A stretch of DNA of 12,237 bases, taken from assembly GCA_043228905.1 (NCBI GenBank), contig JBHGNT010001083.1, positions 1 through 12,237 of the forward strand, written 5' to 3'. How positions within the stretch are numbered: the first letter of the stretch is position 1; the number at the start of each line of letters is the position of its first letter. The notes beneath the pieces are model-generated. The model saw nothing but the letters and a program-made list of their open reading frames with translations. It did no database searches and was not told where the DNA came from. Position numbers and translations under genes: made by a program. Positions 1-7,670 of the stretch are shown here, in pieces. The stretch comes from Azolla caroliniana (Eukaryota > Plantae > Polypodiophyta).

Positions 1-695
1 AAATGCAGAAGTAAATACAAAAACAAGTTGGTATAATTCAACTCCTGTCAAAGTTGCTACCTTTTACTTGTTCATCTTTTACATGGTGGCTTACAATGCC
101 AGTGATTCTTTCAGTACTTATGGTGGGATCATCTACTTATCGCAATATTTCCTTTAGTGAGACTAATATTAAAGCCAGTTTTTCAGTTATTGCATGAATT
201 TTTTATCATGATAAAACCATACAAATAAAGACCGTAAAAGTTTTGTAACTCTATACAGTTGCCACTTCACAGTGTCAGTTTTCAATTTATTGAACAGCAT
301 GACATATACTTCGAAGAACATATTCTTTCTGTGCGAGAGTAGAAAAATATTCAAACATAATAAAAACGTGGGGAAATATTTATCCAGATCTGTGCGTACC
401 TGCCTATAACAACAATTTCTTCGGACTAGCACTTAAATTAAGAATAATATTTGTATTGTCTTGACCCCAGATCACTACATCTAATTCAATACATTTAATC
501 TTTTTATTAAATTCCCTTTTATCTTGCTAATGTGCGTTCTTGTTAACTACTATCACGCTTTGTTCTCAAATCTCAACAAGCAATGCTGTAATATATAATA
601 GCTTCTAGCTAAGGAGCTTTCATTGTGTTCTCTCCACCCTCAGAGCCTTCCTTATATGCTTCCCATGTTTCAACATATATATTTCAATTTAAAGC

Positions 696-3600
696 TTATA
701 CATGTATTCTCATGCATTCTTTTATGTAAGGACTTTTTAAGTTAAAATAACAAGATTCAACATCACTACACCTGTTTGACCAGCTATTTCCATTAGAGGA
801 CGCATAATTGCTGTTAGAAGATGAACCGCCAGCATAGCTAGGTGATCTATCCATGCTTCCCCAGTTACCACTTCCAGAACCAAAAGATGGTCTTCGAGAC
901 CAATCACTACTGCCAGAACTCCCAGACGATTTACTAAAGAAATCACCTCCAGAGGAGCCAGTGGAAGGCCTATTATAAGAATCTGAAGATCGATTTTGAA
1001 AGCCACCTGGTCTCCCTCCCAAAAAACCACTGGGGCGCCCTCCACTAAAAGAGCCCCTCTGTGCAGGTGGCCTACCAAATCTATCACTTCCAAATGGGTC
1101 TTCTATAATGCTGGGAAGCTGTGCAAATAGAAAATACCATTGCGTATTAGAAAAAGCAACAACTTACGAGAAGTTAAATCCATGAACAAACACTGCATCC
1201 CATTAATTTTACATGGACCTTTTCTAAAGGTTCAATGACTTCACCAGACTCAATCTTCATAGACAGAAGCTCTTTTGCCATTGCTGCAGGCAAATCAAAA
1301 ACAGCTCCAGCCTGTTCCCTTGAAAATCCTAGGTCAGACGTAATCCGCAAATCCTCACAATAAATCTTCTAGTTTCCAAATATTAAGCACTAGCGCACCT
1401 CATCACTAAGCATACAAACTTTTCCAAGCCTGTTTGCTGCCACTGGAAGGAGCTGTGATAACGCTCTCATAACAGCTGGTGCAGATGTGATGGGTTGCCC
1501 TCTTGGACATGTGATCTTCAAAGTCATCAGTCCCTGAAACATATAAGCACACCATTAATCTCTGTATTGATGCTACACCAGGCTATCTTTTTGTGGCTTC
1601 TAATTGGAGCAGTGTTACAACAAAATTGAGACAGGATCCAATACAAATTGTTAATTTCTCCTGAAACAGAATTGGCCAATCTTCCTACCACTTGCAAGGT
1701 GCATATCTAGAAGTTGAAACTAAATAATCATGAAATAATAGCTCAGTAAATATTCATGTGAATACTGGAATAAAGATCTTATGTTTCACATGTAAAGTTG
1801 TGTATGCATTAAAATTCCATGGAGACTTTATGTAAATTACTTTTAAATATTTGCCAGCATTAGCATTCACTGGGAAAAACTGTTAGAATAATTGACCAAT
1901 GGTTTCCATAAGATACTTTAAATAATAATACTCAGTAGACAAACTTGATAGGAACAAGCAGTAACCTCTTCATGTGTGATCAGTGACCGTGAAGACATTG
2001 CCTCTTTGAAACCGCAAACATGAGCTATAGCTGCTGCAAGTGCTCCAGCTCCTTGCTCAGAAAGAAGCTTTTCAGCAGTGGGCATAAAGATAGCTCTAAC
2101 ATCTGGATGAACGTTTAGAAGCTTCAAAGCTGCCTGTTCAGCTGATGATCTCAAGACGTCCGCTGCACTTGGTGGATCTATACTCTCAAACTTGCAACCC
2201 AATTCTCGTTGAAGCACATCAAGAGTTCGTTTTTGATAAGGTGTATGCATAAGTATTGCTGTTCCCTCCTTGCCAGCTCTACCTGTTCGTCCAGATCGAT
2301 GCACAAACGTCTCTGAATCATTAGCAATTTCATAATGTATGACCTGCACAAAATGTTCAACATACCAATAAGAACCATCCTTATCAATTTCATCAAGCAG
2401 TATGACATTTGGTTACAGTCATACAAGGTCGACGTTAGAAATGTCCAAACCCCTTGCAGCAACATCTGTTGCAATTAAAACAGAGATCTTGCCATCCCTA
2501 AAGGATTTCAGAGTCCTCTCTCGTTGAAACTGAGTGATGTCACCATGTAAGGGTTCGCAACCAACTGATTGACTTAAGATGGCAGCCACATCATCAGCAT
2601 CTCTCTTTGTCTGAGTGAAAACGATGGATTTGCAACCCTTTCCATATACCTGCCACAACAGACAAAGAAAAGCTGAAGGTCCTATACACATGTTCAATTG
2701 ATAAAAGCATCTAAATAATTGAAGCATTGGTTACTTTGATCAAATCACCCAATAATGAGCGTCTAGCAACCAAGGATGTCGTAATTGACAAAAGCTTGAT
2801 TCCTGACGCTATTTTTTCTTCGTTATTACCAACCTGTAATGATAGAGCTTCAATGACCATATGGCATATACACAAGGAAAATGTTCATAAATGTCATTAA
2901 GGAGATATTACTGCTCACCAGATCAACAATCAAAGGATTTTTCAAATACTGTCGAGATAGGTCTCTAACCCAGCTAGGCATGGTTGCCGAAAACAACATG
3001 CATTGCTTTTGAGGTGATAAATATTGAAAAATCTTCTGAATAGCTTCTACAAAACCAACAGCCAACATGCGATCGGCTTCATCAAGAACAACATACTTGA
3101 CCTCGCGTAGATTCAACGAGCCACGCTCAAGAAGGTCGATGAAGCGACCAGGCGTGCCTACAGCAATATCCACTCCCCTTTGAAGCTGCCTAATTTGAGC
3201 CTCTATAGAGACTCCTCCATAAACACAAACAAGTTCTAGATTAGGTGCTGACTCTTTTAATTCTGATTCTACTTGCTTTGCAAGTTCCCTAGTTGGGGCC
3301 ATCACAACTGCCAAAGGAGCTTTCCCATATCGCCTGTGATGACAAATGCTTAAAACTTAAAAATTCATGAAATCAGAAACAGTACTGAAAGATATATCAT
3401 TTGAATGTGACCTTGACATTTTTTCGTTTTCTTTTATTATTTTGTCCAAGATTGGAATACCGAAAGCCAATGTCTTTCCTGTCCCAGTCTTTGCACGAGC
3501 AATGAGGTCTTGACCTCTCAATCCAGGTTCTAAAACAGCCCTCTGTTGTCGATCAGAAAAATAAAATCATTTTGTGAGAGCTGCATGATCAGCATGTAAG

Positions 3601-5402
3601 ATATATGAAATTATGAGCAATGAACGCAGTACCACTTTCAAGTCAACAGAAAATGCATACCATGATGTAAACATCTATTATAAGAAATCTAGGATGTTGC
3701 TATCTTCCCTTCTTCAGTTGAATAAAGTAGATAGATCTCATTTTATAATTCTGTAAGTATAATTTTTAATAAAATAAATATCTGTGACTTAAGATGAAGT
3801 GCTTAATAGAATCAGATAACATAATCTATAAAAGTATACTTGCTGGGAATCCTCATTTCACGAGTCGATTACTTCTATTTTGGCTGTAGGTCGCTGATTT
3901 CATGAGCTTTCTTATACAAAATACAAAACCATACATGCTCATTACGAAGGAATCAACAGTGAAGTAACAAATGTTTCTTTCATAAAGCATACTAAATTAT
4001 CCTATTGTTAACCACGAAGAGGCAGTCTAATACTTAAAGCTTACATTTCAGAATTTATTCATTCAAGCCCATTGGTTAATCATGGCTCATGAGTAGAGGC
4101 ACCTAATTTTTTATGTAGCATGTTTACATCTTACAGTCCTTAATTTACATCTTGAGAAACCCTAATGGAGAGGGAGAAGCAAACAATCACACCCACAACT
4201 GTGATAAATTTGGAACCCATGATAGGTTTCAAATGAAGGTCAAGTCTTTTCAAAGAATGGAAAAAGGAATATTGAAAAAATAAAAAATTGCACAAACAAA
4301 TAATTATGAGCGTATAATTTAGGAAATTATGGAAACTTGTGGATCTACATTCAATTTGAAACTTTATCAGGCATAACCAAAGTTGGGTATGAAACATTGC
4401 GCGGATGTCAAATTTAAGGCTTTCATTAAAATCTGCTTCAACTTATAAATAGAATACTAAATTATGGTTTCAACTTAGTAAAAAGCAATTATGAATATCC
4501 AAATTCTTCCAACTCCGAAAACTTAATCCATTATGGAACATTATATTGAAATTTATAGCTTATGTGGAATCTAAGGCTTCAAATAGGTGAAACATTACCA
4601 AAGTCTTCCTAGTCACAAGTTGAAGTCAGTCATCCTGTGAGATATTATATTATGGTTCAAAACTGAAGGCTTGCAAGATATGCATATACAAGTTTTTGGG
4701 TTACCATTAGAAGATCCCACATCTTTCCTGCTCACAAACTTAAAGCATCTGACAAGAACGTTATGTTTGCGGAGAACCCAAAATCTTCAATACTCACAAA
4801 CTTGAATTTAACTTCTATATTTCTGAAGTGAGCCTCCTTACGAGTATCAAAACTTTTTGTATTTTTTATACCTGTATTGGAAATAACTTTGTGATGCCTC
4901 TTTTCTCGAGATTATTGACGATAATCCTTGAAATCGGAAGTTTTTCAATAAGAAGACCTTCATCCTCTGCAACTTGTTTTGAAGATGTTTCATCAGAACT
5001 ATCAGTGTTCCTAGATCCTCCTTCTATAGCTTGAAACAACCTCTCTGTTTCAAATTCAGGAGCTTGTTGTTGCAAAACCACTCTGGCTGAGTGAAAATAC
5101 CTCCCAACAACAACAGCACTATATCTATGCAGTGGTTTATTTACCTCTGCAATAGATAGAGATGAATGAAGATCTTTGTTGAATCGATGAGATGATGAAT
5201 ACCTTGAATTTTCCCAAAAGATCCTTTCCTCCGCAATTGGGTTGAGACATCTGCTTAGGGTACTGATTGCAGAGGTTCTGGGGAAGACATCCAGGTTGGG
5301 AAAGACTTCCTGATTGGGGAATATCAATAACCTTCCTGTCGAAGAGGCTCTGATCCTGCGGGCAAGGGCCTGGGGATTCATCTTCTTCTTTATCATCATC
5401 AT
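696..5402 (-). CDS. DEAD-box ATP-dependent RNA helicase, RH3/PMH(RH9/RH53)-clade, probably organelle-targeted; spliced gene join(5402-4872,3542-3412,3333-2919,2833-2735,2649-2425,2343-1966,1533-1399,1311-1219,1118-772 or -696), about 785-810 aa
   Basis: Manual splicing at GT..AG junctions keeps one reading frame. It gives Q motif (LFPIQ), I (AKTGTGKT), Ia (PTRELA), GG, Ib (TPGR), II (DEAD), III (SAT), IV (IVFTQTKR), QxxR, V ([10 protein letters not shown]), VI ([10 protein letters not shown]), then a GUCT-like region ([10 protein letters not shown]...GAVFDLP...KELL) and a G/S/R-rich tail. The 3' end is uncertain. Confidence 0.93.
772..1118 (-). CDS. Helicase exon 9: Gly/Ser/Arg-rich low-complexity tail
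   Basis: ttgcacag|[43 protein letters not shown]...GNSWSNR, in the same frame as ORF 696..1022. Probable AG|GTGTAG donor at 771; otherwise it reads through to the stop at 696. Confidence 0.82.
1219..1311 (-). CDS. Helicase exon 8: GUCT-like domain, part 2 (missing from the ORF track)
   Basis: cag|[31 protein letters not shown]|gtccat. GAVFDLP is typical of RH3-type GUCT domains. The acceptor position is somewhat uncertain because its context is purine-rich. Confidence 0.82.
1399..1533 (-). CDS. Helicase exon 7: GUCT-like domain, part 1 (missing from the ORF track)
   Basis: tttcag|[45 protein letters not shown]|gtgcgc; 135 nt, no stop codon. Confidence 0.85.
1966..2343 (-). CDS. Helicase exon 6: motif VI and start of the C-terminal extension
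   Basis: gcag|VIHYE...[15 protein letters not shown]...[10 protein letters not shown]|gttact; 378 nt, phase 0/0. Confidence 0.93.
2425..2649 (-). CDS. Helicase exon 5: motifs IV and V
   Basis: gcag|[19 protein letters not shown]...[14 protein letters not shown]...[16 protein letters not shown]|gtatga. Confidence 0.95.
2735..2833 (-). CDS. Helicase exon 4: inter-domain linker (missing from the ORF track)
   Basis: ttacag|[33 protein letters not shown]|gtaacc; 99 nt, phase 0/0. Confidence 0.9.
2919..3333 (-). CDS. Helicase exon 3: motifs Ia to III including DEAD
   Basis: cacag|G CGA TAT GGG... gives [18 protein letters not shown]...VLDEADRML...FSATMP...PLIVDL, followed by a gtgagc donor. Confidence 0.95.
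3412..3542 (-). CDS. Helicase exon 2: Walker A / motif I (missing from the ORF track)
   Basis: aacag|AGG GCT GTT... translates as [43 protein letters not shown](R). Donor GT at 3411, phase 2. Confidence 0.93.
4872..5402 (-). CDS. Helicase exon 1: transit/presequence-like N-terminus plus Q motif
   Basis: ORF 4866..5402 ends ...[11 protein letters not shown] followed by a GTATAA donor at 4871 (phase 0). An in-frame TAG lies upstream at 5438-5436. The first ~110 aa are R/S-rich with few acidic residues. The true start could be any ATG at 5402, 5399, 5396 or 5381. Confidence 0.88.
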
Positions 5403-5437
5403 CTTCTTCTTCTTCTTCTTCTTCTTCTTCTTCTTCT
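5402..5437. repeat. (TCT)12 / (AAG)n trinucleotide microsatellite abutting the helicase start codon
   Basis: A perfect TCT repeat is directly visible at 5402-5437 and continues imperfectly (tcttcttctttatcatcatc) to about 5381. Confidence 0.97.
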
Positions 5438-5840
5438 ATAAACCCCTGTTTTCAATATGGGAGAGAAACAGAGCTTCGTGAGACAAGAGTCCGTGTGATG
5501 ATGTGGCACAACATCATTCGCTAGGAAAACACGGCCGGCCGGCCGGCTTCTTTTGTCCGGAAACTGTATGTTGTGGTGTATGAAAACTGCGAATCGCGAA
5601 AGATTGGGGCAGGCAACTTTCTTGTCTGGTGCATACCGAATCAATCCTTATACGCCAGAAGAAGGTAGGGTGAACAAATCGTGTCCGTCTTGACTTGGTT
5701 GGCTCTTCAAAATTATATTCATGCACGATATAGTGGCAAACCCATATCAATTAAAATAACAAAGAGTTTTTCTTCAACTGAACTGCTTGATTTGCATTTC
5801 TTCGTTGTGGATACTTGTTTCTTGCTTTCCAATGGGGTCA

Positions 5841-6165
5841 TTGCCTAAATCGTAGAAGATGTTAAAAGGTCGGTGATCATTCTCGAATACTTAGGTGAAC
5901 AAAAAGTTTGTGATGCTAATAAATTGCATTTACCACTTTGCATTGCACACATGTTTAACCATGCATACTAAGTCGTAGTTGTGAAATATTTGTAGAGGTG
6001 GTTGTCTAAATCGTTGAAGATGTTAAAAGGACCAGTAAGTTTGACAATCATTCTTAAATACTTAGGTGAACAAAAAGTCCACGATATAATAGATTACTTA
6101 CTACCACTTTGCAGTACACACATGTTAAACCATATACACTCGTTTGTGGTTGTGAAGTCGTTGGT
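5841..6165. repeat. Diverged direct tandem duplication, two ~155-165 bp copies (about 5841-5993 and 6002-6165)
   Basis: Shared blocks in the same order: ctaaatcgt.gaagatgttaaaagg, aatacttaggtgaacaaaaagt, taccactttgca, cacacatgtt.aaccat, gttgtgaa. Confidence 0.9.
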
Positions 6166-6530
6166 GTTTGAGCCATGCAAGGGCATACCAACAAAAGCCA
6201 TTTATCACCATGTTAATTTTGGATTATATATGTATTGTCATAGGTTGTAAATGACAATGTTGATTATATGAGTTTGCTCCAATCAAGTATACTCAACACT
6301 CTAGGTGACTACTCTTCCTATTGGCGGGGTGAAGGGATTAGTAGGAAACAAGCAACGGAGAAAGGTGCTCCTTGATTGCCCTTGACACTTAGGTTTGCGG
6401 AGTAGTGCCCAAGGACGGTTGACCCATAGTTAGCATGCAATTAATTATGAATATTTAATAATGCACATTGGAGATAGCGTGATACAATAATCATTGACAT
6501 GTAGGTTGTGAATGGTGTTTATATGGACAA

Positions 6531-6558
6531 GGGGGATGGAGGGGAGATCGGGCTTGGG
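6531..6558 (+). promoter_or_regulatory. Canonical G-quadruplex-forming motif (putative)
   Basis: GGGGG-atgga-GGGG-agatc-GGG-ctt-GGG fits four G-runs of 3 or more with 1-7 nt loops. Function is untested. Confidence 0.5.
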
Positions 6559-7170
6559 TCGCCCACTTTACATGTACTTTCCTTCCCATTAACTCCTTGC
6601 ACAACTCAGAATGAGAATTACATCCATATCTCATGTTATCATGGTCATTTATTTCTTCTAAACTCTAATTCCCTCAATACCCAAAACTCCCTTTGTTTCC
6701 TTTTTCTCAATATTTATGCTATACTTCTAGTAATTTACATAATTGTTTTTACAAGTACATAGCCCATTGGACAATCAATAATATATAATTTGTACATGTT
6801 CAACAAAGAAACACAATTAGCTATATAGAAATCAAACTCAAATATGATTTGAAACCTAATTTGTGTAGCAATTACGTGAAAAAGCAAGCAAAGGCCAAAA
6901 TAGACAATTACTTTTACAATCATACGTTACATACTTGTATTGAAATATCTACATTAAGGTTGTAATGCATAAGCACGGAGGTTATGGGAAGCACGAACAA
7001 TGAATTGTGGTTGTCTTCATGATTCTTGTTCGAGGGTGAGGTCTCATGATCATCATCGTTAAAGACCAAACGTTGCGTAGAAGGAACTAGGAGAGGGGTA
7101 TTATTGACATTTCCAAAGATACACGGAAGGGCGTTTTTTGATACTCTGCCTCTCTATCACTACTTGTACA

Positions 7171-7344
7171 ATGCTCTGTTTCTATGGACCAACAACTATG
7201 GATGGATGGCCATTGGCAACATCCAATATACCTGCCAATGTAACACCACACTCTGAGTCTCTCCACCCATGGATGGATGATTCATCGTGGAAGATCTACT
7301 TCATCGAACCTCTCCTACGGTGGTTCCATCCAAACAGCAAGAAG
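7171..7344 (+). CDS. Putative upstream coding exon of the PPR gene (N-terminal/targeting extension)
   Basis: ATG at 7171 (second ATG at 7198) is open to AAG|GTAAAG (donor at 7345, phase 0). TAG|GTT at 7649/7650 is a phase-0 acceptor leading in frame into the PPR ORF (VCEGEIR-MMGLG). The PPR ORF itself has only 26 acidic residues before the repeats and no targeting peptide. Confidence 0.45.
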
Positions 7345-7392
7345 GTAAAGAATGTCTGGTACTATAAAGACTCCTCCATTGCTGCCTGTTGT

Positions 7393-7492
7393 TTTAGGCA
7401 TTAGGTTAGGCTTTGGGGTTCAAATCAAGGTTAGGTTTAGTTTAGGATTAGAATTCTAATTTTAACTTTAGTGTTAGCTTTTTAAGGTTAGT
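7393..7492 (+). repeat. Degenerate TTAGG/TTTAG telomere-like (telo-box-like) low-complexity tract in the putative first intron of the PPR gene
   Basis: tttagg, ttaggttagg, ggttaggtttagtttaggattag, ggttag recur, but there are no perfect TTTAGGG arrays. Confidence 0.5.
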
Positions 7493-7670
7493 GTTTTGAA
7501 ATTCCTCCCAGTGGTGGCTCCTGGCTCAATCCAAACAAGGAGGTATGCATTTCGACTATGAAACTCCCCCGTACTGGAGATCTCCATATTTCCAGTTCTA
7601 AATTTCTAGGGAATCATCATCGATATATGCCTCCCATCATCCATGTTAGGTTTGTGAAGGAGAGATTAGA

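Noticed and set aside
737-1093. 118-aa hydrophobic ORF overlapping helicase exon 9 (likewise 2178..2474 and 4828..5034)
   Set aside because: These are alternative-frame or antisense readings of true helicase exons; the spliced frame explains the sequence.
4140-4397. 85-aa intronic ORF; also 5514..5750, 6508..6762, 6735..6923, 10110..10382 and 10701..10919
   Set aside because: Short ORFs rich in F/I/L/Y, as expected by chance in AT-rich non-coding DNA, with no recognisable motifs.
4320-4680. Recurring attatgg and aaggctt words in helicase intron 1
   Set aside because: Too short and irregular to define a repeat unit or a MITE; I found no terminal inverted repeats or target-site duplication.
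5399-5644. 81-aa minus-strand ORF ending in poly-Arg
   Set aside because: The poly-R is the (AGA)n microsatellite read in another frame; the ORF has a non-ATG start and no recognisable domain.
7393-7492. True interstitial telomere array
   Set aside because: There are no consecutive perfect TTTAGGG units; it is kept only as a degenerate low-complexity tract.
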